This document shows, piece after piece, positions 34,865-47,360 of a DNA stretch of 64,000 bases. The position numbers and the translations under genes are program-made. Source of the DNA: Euglena gracilis (taxonomy: Eukaryota); assembly GCA_039621445.1 (NCBI GenBank), contig CP154954.1:37867703-37931702 (forward strand), given 5' to 3'. The notes under the pieces are model-generated. The model was not told the origin of the DNA, did not search any database, and was given only the letters and a program-made list of their open reading frames with translations. How positions within the stretch are numbered: position 1 is the first letter of the stretch; every line of letters begins with the position of its first letter.

Positions 34865-37800
34865 GCCTGTACGACATTTTACTCGTGGCCCCAACACAAA
34901 ACATCTTACAAAATCACCTGAACACAGTGGTCAGGGATTTAATCAAATCAGGATTCAAAATCAATGTGAAAAAGTCCACCCTGCAGCCCACCCAAATAGT
35001 AAATCATCTTGGATTTCAACTAAATTTCCAAGCGGGAAAATTACAGGTGCCTCAGAAAATAAAAACAGTAAAAAGGAGCTGGGAAAAATGATGAAAAAGA
35101 TTACATGTCAAATAGGCAACTTGCTGCCATTTTGGGCCAAATTAGATGCAATATAATTGGCCTTGCCCTTTCTAAGGGCCTTTACGGATGCCCTGGCAAA
35201 TTTTTTGGTGGAAAATTTCACAGCCCCCTGGGACTCAAAACACCCCATTTTCCAAAGAATAAAGGACCAATTAAGAGAAGTAAAAATTCTGCTGGACACC
35301 TGGGGGGCAGACCCTTTCCCCAAAGTGCAACCAGGGAGTTGCAGTCAGACAGCAGTACCCACACCTGGGGGGGGGGGGGCTGGACATTAGAACAGGCAAA
35401 ATTGTGAAAGAATGAGGGAAAGCTCCATTTTGAACATAAATGTCAAAGAAATAAGTGCAGCAATAAGCACAGTTCAAAGCCTCAGCCAGCCAGGGGAAAC
35501 TGTGTCCCTATCCGTGGAAAATCAAGTAATTTACTATTACTTAACAAAAGGGGGGGGGGGCAGAGAAGACCGCTTCAATTACATGCTAAGACCCTTCTTC
35601 AAATGGTGCCTGGAGCACAACATAAACCTGCAAGTAAAGTGGGTCCCCTCAAAGGAATGCCTGGCAGACCCCATAAGCAGATGGAAACGTACAGGGGGGA
35701 TTATTCACTGGACCCCCAACTTTTTCAATGGCTGAGCCAGCAGTTCAAAAATTAGATCACGCTGAAAACAGACCTTTTTGCCTCACCGGGCAACAAAAAA
35801 CTGCCACAATTTGTGGCCAGGTGGCCCCACTCGGGAACCACAGCCGTAGACGCATTACAGTGTCCACTGGACAACTTGGAGGATATTTACGCAAACCTCC
35901 CCCCTGGTCTGTAATCCAAAAAATTTCTTCTCAGATTAAAAATGCTTCCACAGGCCAAAGTTTTGATGGTCACCCCCTACTGGGATTCATCCACATGGTG
36001 GCCCCAGTTAAAAAAAAATGAAATTTCCAGGGACCACCTGCCTGAAAATCACCCCCTACATGGACATGTTCACCAAATGCAGGGGGGAAAATGCCCCCCC
36101 TCCCCCCAGGTGCCCCCTGCCTTGCATGATGGGCTCAGGCAAATTCTGGAGGGGAAACAAATACAAAATACAACCACTAAATATTTCCCGGGAATAAACC
36201 CCAGTTTAAAGCGTTATGAAAGCCCTTTTAGGCTGTTATGGGTTATTTTGGACAAAATGGGGGCACCCCCCCCCCCGAAGCCACCACTGACCAAGTGGTT
36301 GACGCTTTAATTCAACCGTTCCAATTTTCAAAGGCCCAAGCACGCAATGCATACAGTGCTATGCTTTTGCTCCATGGCTTTGGTGGCCTAAATGCCATGT
36401 AGGTACCTTATAAAGGAGTTTGGAACCAAAACCTGGAGAAGTATGGTGCATTCTGGGATCTGCTCCCAATCCTCCTGGGGCTGGCACAGGCCCCCCTTGC
36501 CCTCTCATATGTGTACATTGCGTACACAACTCATTTTCTGTTCACACATCCTCTGTTTTACAGATCATCTGATTTAACACAGCTTGAACAAGGTATTGGG
36601 GTAACTGGGATATGGGCCTCCGTGGCCCTTGCCGTAGTGGCATTACAGGAGTTTTGGCTTTTCTGTCCTTCGGGTTTCTCTGACCACTGTCTGCCTAAGT
36701 CTGTGGCTGTCACTGGGTGGGTTTTTAGAAACTTTTTCAGGGAGGGATGGGACAGCTACGGATCGCCACGGTTGCACCGCGTCATCAGGTCGTCCAGCTG
36801 CAGCGGCAGGCAGTTCTTGTTGTTCAGCGGTGCTCTTCGTGTTGGTAATTGCGTTTTTCATCGAAGTCTTTAATGTGTCAACGAATTCGGATTTGGTATT
36901 CTCTACGAGCGTGACCTTCTGGCTAATTTTATTGACTTCACTCTTCGAAATTCACTTGTCAAGGTTCTTGAAATGAAGTTTTTCCAGTGTTGGAAAAAGG
37001 CCACTGGGCAGCAAAAATAGACCCACAGCTTTTCGAATGTCTTCATTACTGACATAAAAATTTGGGGCATTAGATTCAGGCCAAAAAAGCCTGCCTGGAA
37101 TTCCCAGGTCTGCCCCCCACCTGATGTCTTACTAAGGGTCATAGTGCCTGGCTCACTGGGATGTGGAAGTAAGCATCCTTTAGGTCCAAAGAACCACCAG
37201 TGTGTTGGGGGGGTGCTCCCTACATCAAAATCAAACGTAAAGGTCAAAAGTCCATAAGTGGGAGAGAATTGTCTCTATTCCCCGGTGCCCCCAAATCAGT
37301 CCGTTTCATTTGACGATGTCTTATGTGGCAGCAACACGTTTCTTTGTGAAAACTGAGGGCCCCCTTTTAATTACGTTAAAAACCCCGTATAAAGCCATTG
37401 AGGCAGATACCATTGCTTCTATAAACAAAATTTTTTGGGCCCAGCATGGGGTCCCCCCCAGGTTTTGGGACCCCACTCCACCAGAGGGGCAGGGGTTGGT
37501 TTACGCAAAAAATTTGGCCTTTCTGCACAAGAAGTTTGTGAAATTGGTCAGTGGAAGGGAGTGGAGGCTTTCACAGCCCACTATCAAAGACTTGGTGCCC
37601 AAGGTGCTTTGGAGAATGCCCTGGCCCCCCTTTTTTCAGTGCACAATCTGGCCTCTCAATGACAAAGTGTGGAGCCCGAGGTGTCTCGTACTCCGTCGAG
37701 GCAAACCGACCAGGGAGGAAGAGGCACCGAGGGCGAAGCACAAAGACCTTGTGAGCCCGACCCCCCCCACCTGTATAAGAAATTTCGTCTTCAAACGCCC

Positions 37801-38055
37801 TCGATCAGAAGATGGGGGCAAGGGAGGGGGAGGTTGGGGGGCCCCCCCAGTGAAAAAGGCAGCACCATGGTCGCCACGTCGGAGACAATGCCGCCAACTC
37901 CGGCGAAAAAAGGCACTAAGCGGGACTTCCTAACCCAGCGCACCAAACCTTCACAACAAATCGCCGGCGAGCAAGGCATGGCCTCACAATATCTTTGTGC
38001 TTCGCCGTCGGTGTCCCTTCCTCCCTGGTCGGCTTGCCTCGAGGGAGTACGATTT
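34865..38055 (+). mobile_element. DIRS1-like retrotransposon, copy 2 (begins at the YLDD region; RT C-terminus, RNase H, MT, YR, terminus), decayed
   Basis: YDILLVAPTQNILQNHL, INVKKSTLQPTQ, WVPSKECLADPISR, DLFASPGNKKL, HSTRGAG...GQWK...FTAHY. Mirror homolog of copy 1, interrupted at about 36585-37220. Confidence 0.92.
36585..37135. mobile_element. Scrambled DIRS gag/RT fragments inserted in the copy 2 YR
   Basis: + strand EVFPVLEKGHWAAKID (36976-37023) abuts - strand GQTWEFQAGFFGLNLMPQIFMSVMKTFEKLW (37024-37130). Confidence 0.7.
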
Positions 38056-38479
38056 AGGGGGGTTTAGCAGTCGGCGAACTGGACCCGTCAGCACATTGCT
38101 GGTGGGTGCTTTGCCGACAAGTCGGAAGACTGCCAACTGTCCCCCTCCCACCCAACCCCGTCCCACAGACCAGCTACGGACCCCCCACCTTCAGTGTACC
38201 GTCTGTGGCCCCATCGTCCCCAAAAGTAAAATCGCTGAAGATATTTTGTTGAATGATCAATTAAAGGAATTTTTTGCGGGATGTTCTTCAAAAATTGACG
38301 GCTTTTTCTCAGTGAAAAGGCTGTCTGTTTCCCCCACCACGTGGTCAATAAGAAAGTATTTTTGAGCCCAGGAACACCACTTTTGGTGGGGCACTTAGGA
38401 AATTGTCCGCCTCCCGTGGGGGGTCAGCGCACCCAAAAAGCCCGAATAATCGAGTCATGGACGGTTTTCTCCCCAAAAC

Positions 38480-38825
38480 CCCCCAGCCCCCCCCCCCAGG
38501 ACCCCACCAGCACCCCCAGGACCCCCCCAGGACCCCCCAGGACCCCCCAAAACACACCGGGGGGCGGTACCAACATGACCCAGTGACCAGGAGTTCCGGG
38601 GCCTTTGGCTCCCGCTACCGGGTGGGCCTCTCGCCCCCCCCCCCGGACCCCCTGGGATTCAAAACAACCACATCGCGTGCTGAAAAATTGCCAAAACGTT
38701 GCGGGACACCCAGGAACCCCAGGACCCCCCAGAACCCCCCCAGGAACCCCCAGGGCACCCAAGGCCCCCCAGGACCACCCAGGATCCCCCAGGACCCCCC
38801 AGGAGCCCACCCAGGACCCCCAGTG
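38480..38825. repeat. CCCCCAGGAC-type short tandem repeat element
   Basis: Degenerate units of about 10 bp around CCGGGGGGCGGTACC; a homolog lies at 63840-64000. Confidence 0.75.
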
Positions 38826-39239
38826 TAAAACTCTTTTGGGCACAATATTTTCCTGTGTTTGTAATGTAATTTTGTTGTTCCATTTCTGTTATTAATGTTT
38901 CTAGATTTTTTAAAAAAGTCATCTAGAAAATTGAATCGGCGTGGACACCAAAGTTCCGCCACGAACCATTCCTTGCCCAACCATGTTCTCTCCCTGTATA
39001 CATATACATATACGTTTACATACACATATACATACACACATGTGTGTATAAACACGCACACATGTATCCTATTTTTTCTTTTGACCCCATTTCCTCAGCA
39101 CTTCCCCATCATGGGACCTAACTTTCTGCACAGGCTGTTGTTTGTGTGCGTGTGTGTGCCACGGTCCCGTCTTACTGATTTTCGCGCCGGCAGTTGGCTG
39201 ACATTACCCTGACGTCAAAAGTGACAAATTTGAAAAAAA

Positions 39240-41460
39240 CCAAGATGAACCCCCAAAACGCAGTGGACACAATGACTGATTATGACAACTTGCTGCAGAA
39301 GCTCATCAGCGACACCCTGGTCTTCGAGGCATCCTGGTCAAGATTCATGTTCAACTTGGAGGCCCTGCAGCATTTAATGGACACGCCGTGAGAAAAAATC
39401 TTATTTCTGTTGGCAGTTGGCAGCCGCTTTCAAGGCACTGGGTGGAACATGGTTCGAGCATCAAAGAAGGTACACGAATTGACAGGTTGTGCATCGGTGA
39501 AGAGGTCTATTAAAACCTTCAGAGAATTTTGGTTAGACACCATTGCCGTTGTCACCGATGTCGAAATTGCAGCCATCGAACTGATTCCAGATTTCGCAGG
39601 TGTGGCCTTCACCCTGGCAGCCCAAGTGCTGCCACAGAACAACCACCCACCCCCAGATGCCCTGACAGACCGCTGCAATTGGACGATACAGAGGAAGAGG
39701 AGAACGTACACTTCCCCTGGGAAGACCTGGGAGACCTCACTACCCTGGTGATAACAAAATCGACGTTCGTCGTCTCTTGGAGGCCCACCCAAAGTTCAAA
39801 TACCCGCCAGCTCGTGCGACCGAGAATCAGCTCGTGGGCGACACACGGAAGAAGCAGGACCAGTTCCTGAAGAGCGCCAGCACCGGTTTGCTACACGCAC
39901 TGCGAGTCTACAGGTACGTCTGGGTGCACCCCGTCTCCAACGAAGTCCAGCTACAACTTTGGCAGTACCTCAGCGAGCTGTTATTCAAAATTGAACAGGA
40001 ACGACGTGGACTGGCTGTCCTGGGGATTACACGAAGACAAGGCGGTGGTGCTGCAGAGCTTTTGTCTGCCGAGGACAACGTAAGGAATTTCAGAATGGAG
40101 GTTTCTATCCAGAGGATAAGTATGGAGTCGAGACACCATTTTTCACAAAATGGTAGGTTTTCTTCTATCCCTCAGGGGTACTCCTTTCCTCCGCAGGACC
40201 CAGCAGCACCTACAAGCCTGGTGGCATTAGGTAGGGCAGAGGAAAGTCAAGTCCAAAAGGAGGTTTTCGAGGAGGCTTCAGAAGTTTCTGGAGACGCGGC
40301 TCAAGCTCGAGGCTAGCTACCAGCAGCAAAGGAGCTGGAACAAAGGGCGAAGGTACCCTCTCCCCCACCCCTGCCCCACTGTGGGGGTCCAAGGACCAAG
40401 GAGGCCAGTTTGGTCAAGGCGACACCTGTGTTCCCCGTGATGACCCAATGTCTGTCACCCCCATGTATTTGAATTACCTGAACTCACCTCACTCTCTGAG
40501 CCTCCCAGGGGCAGACCCTTTGGTAGGCCTCCCTCCATTCCAAGGCCGAGGGAATGTCTTCTTTGGTGGGGAAAACATGCCCCCACCTTCGTGCTAAAGT
40601 TGATAAAAGTGGGGGTGGAACCTCACTACCCCAAGCTGGATCTAAGCTGCAAGGTGCAGAGAAACACCCCAGCGGAAATAAGCCAGGCTCTAAAAGTCAT
40701 GCACGAGTATGTAGAGGTGGGGGCAGCAAAGGAGGTAACCTGGGAGGGAACAAAAATTTTGGTTCCCTGGTTTGTAATTCAAAAGCTGGAGTCCAATGGA
40801 AAAGAAAAACTGAGGCTTATCTCAGACTGCTGAACCATAAATCAAGTTCTGAAACCCACCAAATTCAACCTGGAACACTGGGGGGACATTTTCCCCCAGT
40901 TGGAGAAGGGATGTGGGCAGCCAAGGTGGACTTAAAAAATGCATACTTCCACCTGGAACTTTCAGCAGCACTAAAAATTTACGTTCGAATGCTAATTGGA
41001 GAGGAACTTTTTCAGATGGATGGTGCTTGTTTTGGCCTAAGTACCCAACCTTATCTCAGGATGGAGGTAATGAACGTTTTCCTGAAAAAGTGGAGGAAGC
41101 ATGGGCTTCAGATTTTCGTCTATTTGGACTACATTTTTCTGGTGGCAAGGTCAGAAAAGTTGGCCCAAAAACACATGGCCCTGGCCCTAAAAGACCAACG
41201 GGACAGTGTGATGTGCATCAACTGGGAAAAATCAGAAGTCAACCCGAGCAAACACTTAGGCTTTTTTCTGGACCTTCAGTAAGGTGTTTTCCAAGTCCCC
41301 ACGGGGAAGTTAAAGGCCATCAGGAAGGAGCTAGGAAAATTTTTAGCTCAGCCAGAAATATCCTTCAGAAAAGCTGCACCAATTTTAGGGCAAGTAAGAA
41401 GATTTTTAACTGACCTGCCTCAGGGCTTTTACGGATCTCCTAGTGCAATTTTCAGACCAA
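39240..41460 (+). mobile_element. DIRS-like retrotransposon, copy 3 (different subfamily): gag-like region plus RT, decayed and 3'-truncated
   Basis: ILVPWFVIQK..KLRLISDC, WAAKVDLKNAYFHL, FGLSTQP, IFVYLDYIFLV, INWEKS..P, HLGF. The upstream broken ORF at 39777-40316 occupies the gag position. Confidence 0.85.
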
Positions 41461-41869
41461 CGTCTTCAGCAAGGTTGAGATCACAAGTTACCTTGAAACA
41501 AAGGCGGCGCCGGGGGGGGGGGGGTGGGGGGCTCTTTTTGCAATCGGCACCTTTTCCGCCGCCCGACCCCGGGCCTCCTGTTTGGCTCCCTTCGGCTTCG
41601 CCTTGGGTTTTGCCTTTGCTTGGACTTTGCTTTCCCACCCATTGGCAGGCAACTTCCACTTCAACCCTTCAAAATTCAACCACAGCTCAAAACTCAAATC
41701 TCCAAATCCCCAGTCAGTCCCATGATCCAGATATAAGCCAGGGTGCCACGACCCATGGTCCCAGCAATCAACTCATGAGGTTTGACTGTACAGAAAAAAA
41801 CTAAAATTACAATGCGTAGCGTGCACATTATCTGGCGCAGCCTAATTCATCTGAAAGGTAGGGACATGT

Positions 41870-42705
41870 CCAATGCCACACTCTTCTTCTTCTTATTCTT
41901 CGTCTCTTCCTCCTTTTTTCTCCTTCGTTTTTCTCCTTGTTCCCCTTCTTGGAGAGGACATGAATGCCGTGGTGTCTGTGGCGTCACAAACACACAAAAT
42001 TCTCGGAAAATGCAGCCAAAAAGACCCAGTCACCTCCACACTCCCAAGGAAAAGTTTGGCCTCCTGCAAGGAAGGCTCTGTTTCTTGATTTTTTGGAAAA
42101 CTTCAAAACCCCGTTATAAAAAAAGTAAACGATATTTGGCAAAAAATGCCTTCCACAAAATCAAAAAAGCAGTTAATGCTGAATTAATCTGACCGAAATG
42201 GTTCAAAATCTCAGAAAAAAAATAATCTGGACAGCTGCCAGCCAGCCCCCCCACCACCCTGACGCTGTGGATCTGCCAAATCTGCCGCGATCTAAAGGCA
42301 ATAGAACTGGGTTTATAGTTAAAAGAATTTGAAACTCCCGTTTTGGATTTTTCTAAGAGAGGAAATGTTCCAAAAATGCCAGATAAATTATTTTTCCCGG
42401 TTGTCTGTTTTGTTGCCGAGATTTGGGCATAACATTTTGCTTCGACAGAAAAAATTTTCGACGTGCATTTTTCAAATGTCTGACAACGTTTTCGATGGCC
42501 ATATTACACCTGTTCACCTAATCAAGCGCTCGTCGCCGTTCATCCACGTTATTCTAGGGGAAGATGTGGTGTTGTGAGCTTCAAGTGTTGGGTGGGTTGG
42601 GTTGTGAAACCGTTCACACCAGGCAGACCGTGGCGGCCGTCCTGGTTCTCCGGATGCGGCGAAGCCTAGTCTCCCAGGGGACGTCCTTGCCCTGCATACC
42701 ACCGA
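41870..42705. repeat. Diverged, partly inverted paralog of about 17225-18300
   Basis: 41870-42130 is the reverse complement of about 18050-18300; 42320-42480 matches about 17775-17960 directly; 42590-42705 is the reverse complement of about 17225-17385. Confidence 0.7.
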
Positions 42706-44794
42706 CATTGGGCGGGGCCACTTCAGAGGCAGTGAGTATCTGGGGTGTGGAAGCAAGAGCAATGGGAGATTGTTGTCTGAAGGCACTGGGAAGGTGAATT
42801 TTTTTGTTTCCACCTTCCACACCCTTGTAAGAATGTCAAAATACTTCACTTATGTTCTGCCCCATGTATGGAGCAATTCATGTTGAGTTGGCGGACCGGC
42901 CGCTGCTGCTGTTTTATATATAGCGAACTGCACAGCGAATTCAGCAACCGTCCAACTGTTTTCACTGATGAAGGCCCCCGCTTTCTTATCTATGTTTCAA
43001 TCTGAAATTGTCTTTGGAGAAAGCAAATACAAGAAGGAAAATTACAAGCGCTGCAGCCAAAGTGGAGAAGCAATCAAAGGTTTCAAACCAAAGAGAAGTT
43101 CAGATTTATAACAAAAGATTGGGTATTTGGGCGGGCTGCTGCTGGCACAGAGAAGCAGTACAAGTAGAAAGGTGTTGGTGCTGTGGTACAAGCATTTATT
43201 GGAGGGTCTCCAGCAAGGCCTTTTCCTAAATACCCCTACCATCCGAAGGGAGGCCAAGCCGGAATCCCCTCCCACCCAGTCCCCAAAAAGGAGGACGTTA
43301 GGTTCCCAGAAGAAATCCTATGTGGGAAGGGGAGTATCTCGAATCTACCCCGCTCCCCAGAGCCCATCGTGCCGACCCCACACCCCGCCTGCACCCTCCG
43401 GGAGTGAAAGCTTGGCAAAAAAATTATCTTCCAGGATGATGGCAGCAGACGTTCTTCACAGAACAAAATTTCCTGGGAGCAAACCACACAGACAAGATGG
43501 ATCCGGCTCCCACGGCTCCCCTCTCCCCAGAGCCCATCGCGCCGACACCTCACCACGCCGGCACACCCTCACGGACATCCAGGAATGAAAGCTGGGCAAA
43601 AACTTTATCCTTCGGGAAACTGTTGCTGAGTTGTTACAGCCCCTGGTTCAGGGACTCTCAAACAAAGTGGCACAAAAATAAAACAACAAAAGTGAAAAAA
43701 CACCAAATTGCAGAAAGATCATTTAATACCTCCCCACTTTTCCACTGGAGAAACTGTGCTGGGCTCTGCTGCAAAATTTGTTTCATTTGTGTAAAATTAA
43801 GCACTCTGTTGTCCAAAAAGCAAAAAAAAAAAATGGCAAAAAGCAGAAATAACTAAAAAAACACAAAAATTTCCAAAATCGAAAGACACAAAGAAACTGT
43901 GAAAAATTCGTTTTTTTTTAGAAAAAAAACGCATTTTTTAGAAAAATAGAACTATGCCAAATAGGCACCCACAATTTCACCTCACAAGGCCATTGAAAAA
44001 AAATGCCTGGGTGATTGCGACTGGGCCTCCTTATTCCTCGTCCCCCCACCTGCGGTCACCACCCAGCCCCAGGGCTTTTTTGCAAAAAAACGCCTCTGGA
44101 GGGCTCACGGCCAGATTCCCAGCATTTCACCCCCTGCCAGCAGCTGGGTTGGCATGCCAGCGTAGGATCCAAAACTTTGACACTTCAAATGGGTTTTTCT
44201 TCCTTGAATACAAAGAGAACCACAAATGAGTTTCTTTTGAAGTATGAACTTGATTCAGAAAGCAAAGCACATGAAAGGCAACTTGTACACCTTTGTTGTA
44301 CACACCTGTGCTTGCTGGTGGTGAGAGCGACGTACAAACAATGATTTCGGAATGGAGTGCCTTACTCCTTCATTCTTTTCATTTCAGTTTCAGTCTTGCA
44401 ACATTCTGCTCACCTTCCATTTGATTCTGGAGCTTTCTACCCACTGGGTGAGTCCTATCGCCGGGGGAACGTTGAGAAAAGCGGCTGTCGGCGGCCCGAC
44501 CGCGTACACTCCGAAATGATTCCCGAATCTCTTGATTCATGTGGGGGGAGGTCTGGTTTTCGTTAGAAATCTTGACTCATCATCCGAAAACGCGTCCATT
44601 GGGACTGGTTAAGGCCAAGCGGGGAACCACGGCATGAGCGGAGACGCGGGGTGGGGGCAATGTGCCGGTAGACTTTGCAACCGGTGCGCGAATAGAATTT
44701 TTTGAGCTCAAAGAGTCAGCAAGTGTGCCAACCACACCCATGTGAGGGTTTTGTTGGACGGAACACATTTGTGCGTGTAATTGGTCCAAATTGG

Positions 44795-45660
44795 TCACCA
44801 AATGATGCACTTGGAGAAGAACGGGGAATTTTGGAATCCCCTCCCAATCCTCCTGGAGCTGGTCAAGGCCCCATGCCCACTGATATTTTTACATTGCGTA
44901 CTGAACTCATTTTTTGTTCACGCATCCTCTGTTTATACAGACCTTCAGACCTGGCACAGGCCAAACGAGCCACCAGTGTGTTGGTTAGGCTACCCTACAA
45001 CAGGATTCAGCGTACAGGCCAAAAATTCCAGTGGGAAAGGGTTGTGTCCATACCCCAGTGTCCACATACAAGCCCGTTTCATTTAATGATGTGTTATGCG
45101 GCTGCCGAACGGTCATTCGTCAGACCTGGGCACCTTCTAAGTGTATTAAAACCCCTTCAGGGCAGATAGCATTGCGTCTATCGCAAAAGATTGCCAGACG
45201 CCAAACGCCAAACATGAGGTGACCCCCAGGTTTTGGCGCCAAATCCACAAGAGGGGAAGGGCTTGGTTTGCTCAAAAAAAATTCGGGCTGTCAACCCATA
45301 AACTGTTTGAAATTGGCCATTTGAGGGGGTGGAGGCGTTTTTAGCCCATCCTAGACGACTTGAGGTCCAAGGTGCCCTGGAAAATGCCCTGGACACCCTA
45401 ATTTGTGCAAAATCGGGCCTCACAAGGGAAAAGTGCGGAGCCCGCGCCGCCTCGCACCCCCTCGCGGCAAGCCGACAAGGGGCGACGGGGCACCGAGGGC
45501 GAAGCGCAAAGACCTTGAGAGCCCGACCCCCCACGCAAAGAAAACTTGTCTTCAAAAGCCCTCGGGGGGACGGGCCCCCCAAGGGGCAAAAAGACACAAG
45601 AAGGCAGAGCCAACCTTCCGATCCAAACAGCACCGCTGGAGAGCAGGGCATGGCCCTCCC
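44795..45660 (+). mobile_element. DIRS YR fragment plus 3' terminal region, copy 4
   Basis: LRTELIFCSRILCLYRPSDLAQAKR...WERVVSIPQCP, followed by the CACCGAGGGCGAAGCGCAAAGACCTTG terminal motif. Confidence 0.85.
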
Positions 45661-47069
45661 TTCGTGTCCCTCCCTCCCTTGCCCCGGGGGTGAACGATTC
45701 TCCAGCTCTCCGCGTCTCAGCCTGGCGTCGCCACCGCTTCACCCCCTCCGTCGATACCAATTATTCGGAAAAGCATCCCCCATTAGTTAATGTTGAACGT
45801 TTTGTGATATTTTCCGGAAAATTGGTATGCGTTGGCCCCTCTCGTTCTGCAGTTTCATTTGAGCCCGAAATCTTGAGCTCGAGTTTATTGCCCTTTTCTT
45901 TTCTAAATTGGGAATTGCCAACTCAGCGAAAAAGGCACCAGGAGACCTCACCCAACGCACCAAAACGGCAAAGTGTGGAGCCTGAGGTGTCCCCAAAATT
46001 TTGGGTATTAAAAAAAATGCCCCTCCAGCCCGTGGTCAGTGCCCCTCCAGGCTCCAGGGGGTATTTCTTTTCAGTCGTCTTCGGCTGCCAGGAGGGCACC
46101 AACGTTGAAATTGGAGTCAAATGTGAACCTCAAAATGAAGTCAAATTGGTCAGATGTGGATGCAGTCAATGCAGTGGGGATGATGTGATGGCGATGAGGG
46201 AATAAAAGACGCGGCGAAGAACAAAAAGGCGTGGTGAGAGGGAAAGAGGTGTGCGTCACTGAGCATTGTTGCAATGCATAAGAAAATCATCGTCCACGCA
46301 CAGCACCATTTCCAATTTTTTTTTAGCCTTTGAGAACCCCCCCCCGGTCGTTATAAAAAAATCCTGTTCTGGAACAATGCAACCGTTGCGTTAATCTGCT
46401 GCGCCAATCTGCATTTTTTTAAAAGACCGTGCCACAAATCACCCACCGCTGGTCCTCCTAATAAGCAGGGGGCCAACGGTGGTTCGCTCTCTGGACCCCA
46501 CCCCAGCTGACATCCTGTGTCAACAACAGGCTGAGAGTTTGACAGTTCTGCCCTGACAACACTGGCCTTTTGCTGGCCGGGGGCAAGAATGTCCCGAAGC
46601 GACCCGTGATCCAGCTCAGAGGCTGGGACTGGACCCAACCCAGGGTCAAACCGGGTGAAAGATAATCGACACTGCAAGAATGTCCCCCCCCAAAACTGCC
46701 AATTATGCAAAGAAAATTGATTTGTTCACACAAAAAGTGAAATTTAACCTGGGAAGCCCACACATTTTCATCCATTCTTGAACCTCCGAGAGCTGGAATT
46801 CAGCAGGCACCTGTCCCAAAAGTGGCCAATTAAAGGAGAATCACTGGGGACCTGAGATAAAACCTTGGAAACCCTCTAGCACCCATATCGGCCAGGAGTC
46901 CGATACCAGCCGGCCCTGCATCCGTCCGATCCAGGGCCAGCTGTGTGCCTGGCCCCTGATGTGGCCAATTTTGTACTGCTTTGGCCTGTTTCAACTTGGA
47001 CGTCCAGCGCCAGCTGCTGGGCAGGGCCAGGCCGGGCCGCCTCGAACCATCAGGTGTATACAATTTTTT

Positions 47070-47360
47070 ACTGACCGGGGGGGGGGGCACTCCACTTTTT
47101 TTTAAAAAAAAAACCAGTCAGTCAGTCACTCATTTTCGGAAAACCAGCCAGTCACTACGCCCCCTCCCCCCCGGGGGTCAGCCACTCAGAAAAACGGCCA
47201 CTTTCCAGTCACTTTAGGTCATTTTAGGCCAAAAAAAAATTCCGGCGACTTTGGCACCGGGGTCACTCAAGCCACTTTTGCCCATACCTGGCCGACCCCC
47301 CCGAGTCAAACCAGTCAGTCACTCTGAAAAAACCAGTCACCCACCCCAAGCAATTGACTG
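47070..47360. repeat. CCAGTCAGTCACTC-containing dispersed repeat; homolog at about 58760-58900
   Basis: Shared AAACCAGTCA.TCACTCTG.AAAACCAGTCA..GCAATTGACTG. Confidence 0.6.

Noticed and set aside
37686..37760. HDV-like ribozyme in the DIRS terminus (CTCC.TCGAG...GGCGAAGCAC)
   Set aside because: I could not build a consistent P1/P2/P3/P1.1 pseudoknot by eye, and ICR pairing explains the conservation. An Infernal or RNArobo search would settle it.
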